Positions 47,637-58,374 of a stretch of DNA of 59,104 bases are shown in pieces (position 1 is the first letter of the stretch; each line of letters opens with the position of its first letter). The position numbers were made by a program, and so were the translations under genes. The notes beneath the pieces were generated by a model. The model worked only from the letters and a program-made list of their open reading frames with translations. It ran no database searches and was not told the DNA's origin. This DNA is from Chiloscyllium plagiosum. Taxonomy: Eukaryota. The DNA lies in NCBI RefSeq assembly GCF_004010195.1, contig NC_057760.1, positions 2,378,295 to 2,437,398 of the forward strand, given 5' to 3'.

Positions 47637-50600
47637 GAGAGAGACACACACACAGAGAGAGAGAGAGAGACACANNNNNNNNNNNNNNNNNNNNNNNNNN
47701 NNNNNNNNNNNNNNNNNNNNNNNNNNNNNNNNNNNNNNNNNNNNNNNNNNNNNNNNNNNNNNNNNNNNNNNNNNNNNNNNNNNNNNNNNNNNNNNNNNNN
47801 NNNNNNNNNNNNNNNNNNNNNNNNNNNNNNNNNNNNNNNNNNNNNNNNNNNNNNNNNNNNNNNNNNNNNNNNNNNNNNNNNNNNNNNNNNNNNNNNNNNN
47901 NNNNNNNNNNNNNNNNNNNNNNNNNNNNNNNNNNNNNNNNNNNNNNNNNNNNNNNNNNNNNNNNNNNNNNNNNNNNNNNNNNNNNNNNNNNNNNNNNNNN
48001 NNNNNNNNNNNNNNNNNNNNNNNNNNNNNNNNNNNNNNNNNNNNNNNNNNNNNNNNNNNNNNNNNNNNNNNNNNNNNNNNNNNNNNNNNNNNNNNNNNNN
48101 NNNNNNNNNNNNNNNNNNNNNNNNNNNNNNNNNNNNNNNNNNNNNNNNNNNNNNNNNNNNNNNNNNNNNNNNNNNNNNNNNNNNNNNNNNNNNNNNNNNN
48201 NNNNNNNNNNNNNNNNNNNNNNNNNNNNNNNNNNNNNNNNNNNNNNNNNNNNNNNNNNNNNNNNNNNNNNNNNNNNNNNNNNNNNNNNNNNNNNNNNNNN
48301 NNNNNNNNNNNNNNNNNNNNNNNNNNNNNNNNNNNNNNNNNNNNNNNNNNNNNNNNNNNNNNNNNNNNNNNNNNNNNNNNNNNNNNNNNNNNNNNNNNNN
48401 NNNNNNNNNNNNNNNNNNNNNNNNNNNNNNNNNNNNNNNNNNNNNNNNNNNNNNNNNNNNNNNNNNNNNNNNNNNNNNNNNNNNNNNNNNNNNCCCCTTC
48501 CCTATCTCTGTCACCACCTCCAGCCCCCTCCACCCACTCCCTACGTCTCCTCCCACCTTCCATCTCTCTCCTTGTTACGTCTCTTTGGCAAGTTGCATCT
48601 GTATAGCGCCTGTGTGGGAAGAGATCTGCCCCCCTGCCTACCCACGCACAACACAGAAAATCAAGCCTGCCCCAACCAGACAAGAAACACCCAGAATGCC
48701 TCAGCATTGACCAAACAAGCTGTCAAGAGAAACCCGACATGACCGCGGTCACTCGCGGACCAGGGAATACACTGCCCGAGACAAACTAACAATAAGCTTC
48801 CTGGACCTGATCAACACAGCTAATCCAAAGCCTTCAGGGCAGTCTCGTAACCCAGTGATGTCAAACCACACAGAGAGGCTCCCGAATACCTCACTCACAG
48901 GAGAGAGACAACGGAAACATCTCACTGCCAGGGAAAAGGGGCATTCTCACCCACCCTGGAAGACAGCTGGAATCCCCCGACCCCATTAACACTGGCAGGA
49001 TGCTCCACTGCATCCACATTCAGGGGGCATCCTTCTGATAATGGCTTTGCGATTATCACCATCGCGACTGGACTACTTGGTTATCAAAACCACTGCATCT
49101 TCCCTATTTTCAATGAGCATCATTGTGCAATGTTCCCATAAAAACTGGCTCGATTCCCTGCTCAGGAAGAGGACCCCTTGACCTGCCTGTACAGACTGTC
49201 AGTTCCGTGTCAGCCGGGCCAAGTTCTCTCCCAGCGATATCGCTGTTCGTACACAGCTTGTCAATCTCACCTGGTCTGGCTTGGGTAGCCTCTGCTAATT
49301 TTTCAGGCAGGTAAAAACAATGACTGCAGACGCGTATTCCTGATGAAGGGCTTTTGCCCGAAACGTCGATTTTCCTGCTCCTCAGATGCTGCCTGACCTG
49401 CTGCGCGTTTCCAGCACCACTCTGATCCAGAATCTAATTTCTCAGACAGCCTGGTAGGAGCACTGTCCCTCAGGATGTGACCCTGAGCCACACCAGGTCT
49501 CACAGGCTTGGGCACAAAGGCAGCTTGTAGGGAAGGGAGAAAGGGATGAGGGGTTGAGGGAGAATTCCAGAAGCTGGGATCCAGGCAGATGTAAACCCAG
49601 CCGTCAATGGCCCAGTGACGGAAGCTGGAGAGATGCAGATGACAGAAGGCACGAAACATACACAGAGTCTAGATTAGTGTGTTGCTGGAAAAGCACAGCA
49701 TGCAAATCGACGTTTCAGGCAAAACATACACAACCCATCTTTCCCCAGACAGCCCCCAACTTTGTAGAGAGCGCGCCCCAGCCAGCTGGAAATGTGAAAC
49801 AACAGAAGTTTCAGGAGGGCATTGGCAGAGCGATCAGAGCTGCAGCACAGGCACAGGTCAGACCTGCATGGGGTATCGAGTCTCAGGGCTTTGGTGACAG
49901 CAGGTGGTCTGGGGAGACGCGAGGGCGATCCGAGAGACAGCTGCCAGAGGGGAGGCCAGGCCAGGGTGGGGTGGGGTGGTGCAGCACTGCCTCGGGACCG
50001 CACGATAGCTCAGGTTACTTGATGGGGAGCTCCTCCCAGCTCACTGCTGGCACGTCAGTTCATTAACAAAACAGAGGGGAAGGATGGCACACTTACTCAG
50101 GATGTTGAGAACAGAATCCTTGCGAAACATCACCAGGTTCCCCATCATTATGTGGCACACCAACTCCTGCAGCTGAAAGACAAACCAGAGACATCACTAG
50201 GAGTTCCACACCTCCTGGTCCCTCCCGAACCCCTCACACCAGGACATCTGGCACAGCAGCCCAATATCCCTCCCCGGTAACTGGTTACTCTGCAGCAACA
50301 GAAGAGGAGGCTGATCAGCCCCTCAATACTGCCATGCCATCCACGCTGAAACAGACAGGGAGAGCGTGCTGGAGAAACGCAGCAGGTCTGGCAGCATCTG
50401 CGGAGAGAGGAACAGAGTTAAGGTTTCAAGTGCAGCATGACTTGGCTCTGTGGTGCAGCATCCACACTCGTCTGCCTTAACTAGATCCACGGCTGATCTG
50501 TACCTCTCCTCTACCCGCCTGACTTTCAACCAGAAAACTGGAGCAACTGAAGGTGGCCATTCAGCCCATCAAGCCTGCTCTGCTATACGGCAAGATTACA

Positions 50601-53600
50601 GCCGGTCTGATATAGATTACAGCCGGTCTGATACAGATTATAGCTCTCACTGTCCTGCCTTTCCCACAAATCTTCGGTTCCCTTCCTGATGAAGACTCTA
50701 TCCCTGCCTTGACTATGCTTACTGAGGCAGTCCTGATAACTCTCGCCCACGTATAAGGTACAATCAAGATCACCCCCCACCATCGCCGCTCGGATGAGCC
50801 GGGCTGAGATTTCGGGTGAGGCAACTACAATCACTGCTTAGTCAATGGCGAGAAACTGAAACGACCCAACAGCGTCAGCTCACTGCGATGATTCCAGCCA
50901 TATGAAAAAGCTGCATCCAGACTCCCCAAACCGCACTGAGGCTGGCAGCCTTACCAACCGAGTAATGGACACGTCAATCCCCCTGCTCAAGGTGGGGCCT
51001 GCACAGTTGCAGCGATGGAGAGAGATTGGACAAACCAGGATTGTCTCCCTTGGCTCGGAGGTGACTGAGGGCAGGGGCGAGCACGGCAGAGATGCATCAC
51101 ATTAGGAGAAATTCAGACAGGATAGAGGGGAAGAAACATTTGCTGCTCTGGAGGGAGGGATCAACAGCCTGATTTACAGTGAGGGGCAGCAGGTTGAGAG
51201 AGGAATCAAAATCCCCTACCCATAGTGCCCAGGGATGTGCAGGTTAGGGTGGGTTGGCCGTGGGAAATTGTCCCATAGTGCCCAGGGATGTGCAGGTTAG
51301 GTTGGATTGGCTATGGGAAATTGTCCCATAGTGCCCAGGGATGTGCAGGTTAGGGTGGATTGGCCGTGGGGAAATTGTCCCATAGTGCCCAGGGATGTGC
51401 AGGTTAGGGTGGATTGGCCATGGGGAATACAGGGTGACAGAGATCGAGTCGGGATGCATGGGTCTGGTTGGGTTGCTCCTCAGTGGGTCAGTGTGGACTC
51501 GCTGGGCTGGTGTCACACTGCGGGGACTCTATGATTGGGATTGTGTGTCTAGTAACATCAAATGGCAGAGTGTAAACTAAGGGCGGAGACAATTTAATCA
51601 CAACCCCAATTCTATTCTACCAGATGGGACATGGGATATTCTCCAGAAAGACAATATAGTGCCAACACGTGGCCCACACGTGAGCACAGCTAAGGCATTG
51701 TGCCCAGGCACCTATACCCAAGGAGGGAACATAAATCATGACAATAGGAGACTGCAGAACCAACAAGATGTTTCTGGCATTCAGTTAGATCAACCACCTG
51801 GGAAGCAACTTCACTTTTCGGTCTCTTACTGAAGCTGTTGACTTGCCAAAGGCACGGGTTCTATGCGTTTCCAAAAATCCAGACTATTCGGCAAAGTAGA
51901 GCCTCACAGCTGCTCCTCGGTGACGTCAGCAGAGGTAGGAGACACTGGAGTCGCTGGCCCCAGACTACAGAGCACCGGCGTGAACCAGACCAAGTCTAGC
52001 TCTGCCCCCCCCAGCAGCATGGCCCACCAAGGGAGCTCAGAGCAGACACCATGTTAGGCCCAGCCAAGGGCTGAATGCACATGAGAAGTGCAGCTACACA
52101 GGCAAATGCAACCATCAACACAGAGGGAACTGAAACACTCGACAACTAAACCAAGGGAAACACACACTTCACCTTGGAGTTTACAAAGTCAACCTACTCG
52201 CATGTGCTGCAGGATACCTCTGGAAGAGGTGGGACTCGAACCTGGGCCTCCTGGGTCCCAGGTAGGGACACTACCACTCTGCCATAAGACACCAGTCTTA
52301 CAGGTAACAAACACAGGATAACACAAATGGACGAGGTAGGATAAACTATCCCCGGTAGGAACCTTGCCCGTATCAGAGATAACGCACCCAGTGACACTCG
52401 GAACGAGCTACATCGGGATTCCCAAAGAGTCGCAGCTAGTTGGTCAGAAACACACTGACACAACACTCAAACATCTGGCAACAATATGGGGTAGGAACAG
52501 GCATGGTGGGAATGGGATATGATCCAGGCAGGAGACTGCAATGCTGGGCCAGGCATACGTCACAAGGGTGACCAGACCTGGGGAGAAAGTGAGGAACTGG
52601 ATCCGGGAGAGTCAAGAGTCAAAACCGTGGCGCTGGAAACGCACAGCTCAGGCAGCATCCGAGGAGCAGGAGAGTCAACGTTTCAGGCATAAGCCCTTCA
52701 TCAGGGATGGGGATTTCAGTGGGGGCACTCAGAGGATTGGCCAATGTGATTGGGAAGTTGGCTTGAGAGCAGAACTAAGGGCAACGAGGAGGAGATTGGG
52801 AAGAGCTGAAGAGTGGGAATGGACAGAAGGTGGCTGACCGCTTGCAGAGCTGTAAGAGCCCAGCAGTGGGCCAGGTCCATGGGATGGGATTGGAAGGGCA
52901 CGGGTATACACCACAGAAACACGGGGAGAGTGGGAGCACTGGATCGGGGACAAGAGGGTTCGGGGAAGATGAGGTCAGTGTAAATAATTGGGGAGGACAG
53001 TGAAAAGGCTGACATGGTCATAATGAGCCGCCTGCGGTGTAGGAATAAACATGGGCATCAACAAGATACACGCAGCTTCTCCTGTTTATCAACAGGACAT
53101 GTCAGTGGGTGCCAATCTGCTCGCAAGGAACACAGACGTCATTGCAAATGGGAGGGATGGATGGTTCTGGAACAATTAGCAGGTGTTTCCAGGAAATTCG
53201 TGCAGTCTGGCACAGTGATAATATCTTCCCTCTGCCCTCCCCGACTACCAAGCAGCTGATTAAAAACTGCAAGTCAGAGCACAATGCTCCACTCGCAGGT
53301 TTACTCAGCTCCGGCCCAGCGGTAAATGGATTTAACCCGCTCAGGGCATCAGCCAGAAGAGGAACTAGGAAATGCAGCAGCCAGAGATACACAGAAACAG
53401 AACACGACACAGCCACAACACTTGGGACAGCATCAGGAGATAGGCAAAAACCTCCCAGCTGAGGAACAGCATTCCAGAGTGCGCTCACTCAGAGGGAAGA
53501 AATGCAGCATCTGGGAAAACAGGGCACAATCACAAAAACAGCACGTCAAAATGTCAGACCACAACAGTTACTAACATTATACCAGGGAGAGCACAAACGC

Positions 53601-56600
53601 ATGGGAACATGACTCATGATTAGAAAAGGATACAGGGACCTCATATACAAGTCCCAGCGTGCAAAACACAGGGACAGTACTGGTGGGGACAGGTCTGTCA
53701 GTGCAAAACACAGGGACAGTACTGGATGGGGTCAGGTCTGTCACTGTATAACACTGGGGTACAGTACTGGTGGGGACAGGTCTGTCACTGTATAACACTG
53801 GGGTACAGCACTGGGTGGGGGCAGGTCTGTCCCTGTATAACACTGGGGTACAGTACTGGGTGGGGACAGGTCTGTCACTGTATAACACTGGGGTACAGTA
53901 CTGGTGGGGACAGGTCTGTCCCTGTATAACACTGAGGTACAGTACTGGGGGGGGACGGGTCTGTCCCTGTATAACACTGGGGTAAATGCCACAGTAATGT
54001 GCGTCGACAGCAGGTTTGGAAGATGGTGCCAGCTGGAGATCCGAATGCTGACCATGACTGGGGAAATCAGTGCCCTGTGACCTCATGCTTTGGACCCTGC
54101 TGGAGCTGCTTGTGCAGCAGCCGGTGTATGGAATCTTGGACCAGCTCCCCAGTACATTCGGACGCAGACTGACCTGGGCAGAGTCAATGACAGCAACAAT
54201 CATGTTGAGGAGTTCACTGCTGCGTAACGTCTCATCGGGGAACTGGAATGTGAGGAAAGCAAACGTTACACACAGGCTGACAGCAACGTGAGCCCCATCG
54301 CACCCAGGACCTCCCTACAAGCCCCACTCCGATCTATCACAGCTCTCCACAGCCCCTCACTGTGATAATGCAGGCAAGACTGGACAGGCAGGGGGGCCTT
54401 GTCCCTTTCAAAGCAAACTGGCAGTGTTTGTATGCAGTAAACGCAGAGAATATGCTTCCGTTTGGGTAGATCAGAATTGTTCTTCACCAATTCTCCACAA
54501 TCCCCTTCACGTGGGGAAGAATGGCTGTCTCTTTGGGAGATGGGGGGTTGAGAATGGGTGAGTTGTGCACGACACACCCACCCACCCACCCCACAAGCCG
54601 GTACTCGGGAGGTGAAGGTACAGTTACCTCAGCAAACACGAACTGCAAGATCGCGCAGTGGGGATCACCACCTCCCAGTTGGTTTCATATTGTGGATTCG
54701 ATCTCCCTGATCTCCATCCAACGGTGCTTTAACTTGACTGGACGTCTCGTTTAACCTCGGACCCACAACACTCAGACACAGCCAGATCACAGTGCATCAG
54801 TGATGCTGCAGCATCAACAGCTCATGAAAGGGTCTGCCTGACCGTGCAGAGGTCAGAGTTGCACAAACGCCAGTTCTGAATGCAATGAATAAACCCAGTC
54901 GCAGGATACAGAAGCTTCCCCGCTCTCCAGCCAAATCTGGATGATTTGTTTCAGAGGGCACCCTCAAATGTCTAGCACACTCCACGGTGACCCTCCGACA
55001 GTGGGGCACTCCCTCAGCTCTGACCCTCCGACAGTGGGGCACTCCCTCAGCTCTGACCCTCCGACAGTGGGGCACTCCCTCAGCTCTGACCCTCCGACAG
55101 TGGGGCACTCCCTCAGCTCTGACCCTCCGACAGTGGGGCACTCCCTCAGCTCTGACCCTCCGACAGTGGGGCACTCCCTCAGCTCTGACCCTCCGACAGT
55201 GGGGCACTCCCTCAGCTCTGACCCTCCGACAGTGGGGCACTCCCTCAGCTCTGACCCTCCGACAGTGGGGCACTCCCTCAGCTCTGACCCTCCGACAGTG
55301 GGGCACTCCCTCAGCTCTGACCCTCCGACAGTGGGGCACTCCCTCAGCTCTGACCCTCCGACAGTGGGGCACTCCCTCAGCTCTGACCCTCCGACAGTGG
55401 GGCACTCCCTCAGCTCTGACCCTCCGACAGTGGGGCACTCCCTCAGCTCTGACCCTCCGACAGTGGGGCACTCCCTCAGCTCTGACCCTCCGACAGTGGG
55501 GCACTCCCTCAGCTCTGACCCTCCGACAGTGGGGCACTCCCTCAGCTCTGACCCTCCGACAGTGGGGCACTCCCTCAGCTCTGACCCTCCGACAGTGGGG
55601 CACTCCCTCAGCTCTGACCCTCCGACAGTGGGGCACTCCCTCAGCTCTGACCCTCCGACAGTGGGGCACTCCCTCAGCTCTGACCCTCCGACAGTGCGGC
55701 ACTCCCTCAGCACTGACCCTCCGACAGTGCGGCGCTCTCTCAGCACTGACCCCTCCGACAGTGCCCACTCCCTCAGCACTGACCCCTCCGACAGTGGGGC
55801 ACTCCCTCAGCACCGACCCTCCGACAGTGCGGCACTCCCTCAGTACTGACCCCTCCGACAGTGCGGCCACTCCCTCAGCACTGAACCTCCGACAGTGCCC
55901 ACTCCCTCAGCACTGACCCTCCGACAGTGCAGCACACCCTCAGCACTGACCCCCTGACAGTGCGGCGCTCCCTCAGCACCGACCCTCCGACAGTACCCAT
56001 TCCCTCAGCACTGACCCTCCCTCAGCGCTGACCCTCTGCCTGTCGCCCCACACCCAGAAGCCCTTACCGAGGTGTAGATAGTTGGGGTCAGGTAGCAGAG
56101 CAGGCGAATGTCATCCTCCTGACAGGCTTTCATATCCATCATGAGACAGGTGTGCAGATCACCCAGCTGGGTGGCCTGGGCAAAGGACTCGTACAGCCTC
56201 ATCTTCCCCGATGCTGCTTTACTGAAAGAAACAGGCATAGCAATAAGGAGACTGGACCATGCTCCCTAACTCAGCAACAGTGAGCAGAGGAGACCACCTT
56301 GAACAGAGTAGCCTGCCCCCGGGTCTCTCTGGACGTCCCTCCATCGGGGAAATCCCTACAGCCGAGAAGGGGTCCTACCTGGCTCGCAGATAGTACAGGA
56401 GGTGATAACCGATCTTGGGCTGCTTCTGGTACAACTCCGATAACAGCTCCAACAACAACGAGAAGCTGCTGTTGTCCTCCTGCATCTGGCACAGGTTCCT
56501 GGGTAAGGACGTCAAGAATGACCATGAGTGTCACACCGGGCAAACAGCATCCCCGACCCCTGGGACCTCTATGCTCCTGGAAGGATATGGCCACACTACC

Positions 56601-57881
56601 CCACTGAAAACATCTCCTCGGAGCCACACACACACACACACGGGGAAATGGGTCAGCTCCAACCCCCCCCCCCCCTTTAGCGTCACTGGGTCAAAGTCCT
56701 GGAATGGCCTTGATAACAACATCTAGATATTTCCCTCCACCAAACGTGCATCAAGGTACCAGCTCAGTCCCAGCTTCCCAGGTCAGTGACACCCAGATCC
56801 CCGAGAATGATTTCAGTTTATTTCTGTTCCCCCTCCCCAACTGAGACAGAGTTCCAGGTTTAGGCCACACAACCTCACACACTTTTAATTCTCTCTGTTT
56901 TCCACAAATACTTCAGAAGTTGCAGTGGTTGGGGATTCTCATTATTCATTCACAGGATGAGGCCAGGCCAGCATTTATTACCCATCCCCGGGGGGGAGAC
57001 AGCGAGGAGACACCCCCATCGCTGTGGCTCTGGCGTTACATGTCTGCCAAGCCAAGGATGGCAGCTCCCTTCCTGAAGGGACATTAGTGAGCCAGATGGG
57101 CTTTGCTAACAATCGACAATGGATTTATGGCCATTATTCGACTCAAGTCTCAGCTGCTAGGTCCCTGTGCCTGTACTGAAGCAGGGGTGGGCAGGGGGAG
57201 GGGTTTGGAGTATACAGTGACAAACAGATGCAGCTTGTGTGACCTGGTGACAGACAGCTTTAGTATACAGCAGCAAATGACAATCTAACACAACTGGGTT
57301 TGGGGGTTTGTGTGCTGGGTACCTGGAACGTACAATCTCCATGATGTTTACAGCTCAGAGTCAGAGAGATGTACAGCACAGAAAGAGACCCTTTGGCCTG
57401 ACCCATCCATGCCAACCAGATATCCCAACCCAATCTACTCCCACCTGCCAGCACCCGGCCCATATCCCTCCAAACCCTTCCTATTCATATACCCATCCAA
57501 ATGCCTCTTAAATGTTGCGATTGTACCAGCCTCCACCACATCCTCTGGCAGCTCATTCCATACACGTACCACCCTCTGCGTGAAAAAGTTGCCCATTAGC
57601 TCCCTTTTAAATCTTTCCCCTCTCACCTTAAACCCATGCCCTCTAGTTCTGGACTCCCCACCTTAAACCCATGCCCTCTAGTTCTGGACTCCCCCACTCC
57701 AGGGAAAAGACTGTGTCTATTTACCCTACCCACATGATTTTATAAGCCTCTAAGATTAGCCCGCAGTGCTCCAGAGTAAACAGCCCCAGCCCGTTCAGCC
57801 TCTCCCTGTAGCTGATAGCCTCCAATGTAAGCTTACCTGAATGTAACATAAAGGGGTTTGCCCACCGACTCCTCCAGAGAT
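33302..57881 (-). CDS. INTS3: INTS3 (Integrator complex subunit 3 / SOSS-A), 3' portion; 9 visible coding exons; 5' exons lie beyond the window end
   Basis: The spliced translation SLEESVGKPLYVTFR-NLCQMQEDNSSFSLLLELLSELYQKQPKIGYHLLYYLRAS-KAASGKMRLYESFAQATQLGDLHTCLMMDMKACQEDDIRLLCYLTPTIYTS-FPDETLRSSELLNMIVAVIDSAQ-LQELVCHIMMGNLVMFRKDSVLNIL... closely matches the vertebrate INTS3 C-terminal half as I recall it. All introns are GT-AG, with consistent phases except across the missing segment. Confidence 0.97.
34213..34285 (-). CDS. INTS3: INTS3 coding exon (FFTQTPILQALQHVQASCDEAHKMK)
   Basis: cctgcag|TT TTT ACC...AAG ATG AA|gtgagt; 73 bp. Confidence 0.96.
34480..34625. mobile_element. Penelope/retrozyme-like terminal-repeat fragments
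   Basis: gctagtgtgcttccaaata...ctataacctggtgttgtgtgattttttaactttgtccaccccagtccaacaccggcatctcc. Confidence 0.75.
34895..34970 (-). mobile_element. tRNA-derived SINE head fragment (relatives at ~35185-35270 and 52200-52292)
   Basis: Minus strand tggtgcagtggtagtgtccctac...ctgggctcgaatcc, resembling A/B boxes. Confidence 0.65.
35895..35995 (-). CDS. INTS3: INTS3 coding exon (SLRSSSSKLAQLTLEQILEHLANLRLCLLPTKQN)
   Basis: (ct)n-catcgcag|C TTA CGC...CAG AAC T|gtgagt; 101 bp. Confidence 0.96.
36165..36773 (+). repeat. 43-44 bp minisatellite (gagaggctgagtaaaccgggcctacaacacagggcccctacagc), about 13 copies, in an INTS3 intron
   Basis: Seen directly. Confidence 0.96.
36825..37050 (+). mobile_element. 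Degenerate CR1 3' end
   Basis: RNFFCWRVLGLWECLSQ, plus tail gggaccgaatggcct. Confidence 0.75.
38153..38248 (+). repeat. Short ~40-bp tandem repeat (ctgtacctttaaggggacgccccggtaaggggg), about 2.5 copies
   Basis: Seen directly. Confidence 0.85.
39110..39277 (-). CDS. INTS3: INTS3 coding exon (PTEEMVKMVMSRPCHPDD...IKNNSLPRKRQ)
   Basis: cgtgggcag|G CCC ACT GAG GAG ATG...CGC CAG AG|gtgagg; 168 bp. Confidence 0.96.
39343..45675 (+). repeat. 33-bp GC-rich minisatellite (cagcgcggaccctccgacagcgcggcgctccct), about 190 near-identical copies, in an INTS3 intron
   Basis: Seen directly; 26 of 33 bases are G/C, 6 CpG per unit. Confidence 0.99.
45676..45885 (+). repeat. ~70-bp tandem repeat, about 3 copies
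   Basis: atacaagcagagagcagcctgtttcccctgctctatccccc...ccgaaaca repeated. Confidence 0.9.
46440..46870 (-). mobile_element. CR1/L2-clade LINE 3' fragment (same family as 16795-18075)
   Basis: WVGAAPTPLERLNTIQ and SLHPWHSAAVCH on the minus strand. Confidence 0.75.
47593..47674 (+). repeat. (GA)n/(CA)n microsatellite abutting a gap
   Basis: Seen directly. Confidence 0.95.
47675..48493. other. Assembly gap (819 N) inside INTS3
   Basis: N run. Confidence 1.
49308..49435 (+). mobile_element. Penelope-like element terminal repeat
   Basis: Hammerhead core followed by gatgctgcctgacctgctgcgcgtttccagcaccactctg. Confidence 0.8.
49336..49370 (+). ncRNA. Minimal type-I hammerhead ribozyme motif in a Penelope-like terminal repeat
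   Basis: CTGATGA-A-GGGC(TTTT)GCCC-GAAA-CGTC: intact CUGAnGA and GAAA core, 4-bp stem II, palindromic ACGT stem III, GUC cleavage triplet. Confidence 0.7.
50097..50172 (-). CDS. INTS3: INTS3 coding exon (LQELVCHIMMGNLVMFRKDSVLNIL)
   Basis: tctttcag|CTG CAG GAG...ATC CTG A|gtaagt; 76 bp. Confidence 0.96.
51220..51535 (+). mobile_element. HE1-SINE 3' part with a ~53-bp internal tandem amplification (about 4 copies)
   Basis: catagtgcccagggatgtgcaggttagggtggattggcc repeated, then the SINE tail. Confidence 0.85.
52615..52706 (-). mobile_element. Penelope-like terminal repeat with a hammerhead core
   Basis: Minus strand ctgatgaagggcttatgcctgaaacgtt...gatgctgcctgagctgtgcgtttccagc. Confidence 0.75.
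53668..53985 (-). repeat. ~43-44 bp minisatellite (same family as 1-142), about 7 copies
   Basis: gggacaggtctgtcactgtataacactggggtacagtactggtg repeated. Confidence 0.95.
54174..54242 (-). CDS. INTS3: INTS3 coding exon (FPDETLRSSELLNMIVAVIDSAQ)
   Basis: cattccag|TTC CCC GAT...GCC CAG|gtcagt; 69 bp, phase 0/0. Confidence 0.96.
54988..56037 (+). repeat. 33-bp minisatellite, variant gaccctccgacagtggggcactccctcagctct; about 21 identical copies, then degenerate ones
   Basis: Seen directly; same family as 39343-45675. Confidence 0.98.
56068..56221 (-). CDS. INTS3: INTS3 coding exon (KAASGKMRLYESF...LTPTIYTS)
   Basis: ttctttcag|T AAA GCA...ACC TCG|gtaagg; 154 bp; lies within ORF-track entry 56005..56238. 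Confidence 0.97.
56379..56498 (-). CDS. INTS3: INTS3 coding exon (NLCQMQEDNSSF...YHLLYYLRAS)
   Basis: ccttacccag|G AAC CTG...CGA GCC AG|gtagga; 120 bp. Confidence 0.96.
57355..57815 (-). mobile_element. CR1 LINE 3' end (near-identical family to 3430-3950)
   Basis: FFTQRVVRVWNELPEDVVEAGTIATFKRHLDGYMNRKG; internal ~36-bp duplication at ~57625-57695. Confidence 0.93.
57837..57881 (-). CDS. INTS3: INTS3 coding exon (SLEESVGKPLYVTFR)
   Basis: gtgtttcag|A TCT CTG GAG...TTC AG|gtaagc; 45 bp; phase fits the next exon. Confidence 0.93.
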
Positions 57882-58374
57882 CTGAAACACATTCAGTTCA
57901 CACATCACACATCAAACAACAACTCACTGCAACACAGAAAACCATCTCAAAGTATTTCACAGAAGCAGGAATCAGACCAATGTCAATGTGGAGCCATATA
58001 AAACAATATTGGGGACATCAGCTTGGCCAAGGGGCCCAGATGTCAGGAACATCTTCAGGGAGAAAGGGTCTGAACTGGAAGGATTTACAGAGGGAATGGA
58101 AGTGCCTCGAGCCCTCTGGAAGGGGGTCCTCAGGTGCTGGGACCCGGAGGAGCACAGAGACCCTCAGAGTTGTAGATCAGACACAGGCAGGATTTCATAG
58201 CAGGAAACAGCTCCAATAGGAAATGCTCCAAGTCTAGACGCCTGTAAGAGAGACCAGAGTTTAACGTACACAGGGCAGAACACTGGCAACACACGGCACT
58301 GCATAGTTAACATTTGGGCCCTTTGTCTGATTCGGTAAAGGAACAGCTTTCTCATCCAACAGGGGCCCGAATGG

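Noticed and set aside
12077..48710. Long poly-X ORFs
   Set aside because: They simply span the four N gaps.
50685..50715. cctgatgaag as another hammerhead
   Set aside because: No stem II or GAAA follows.
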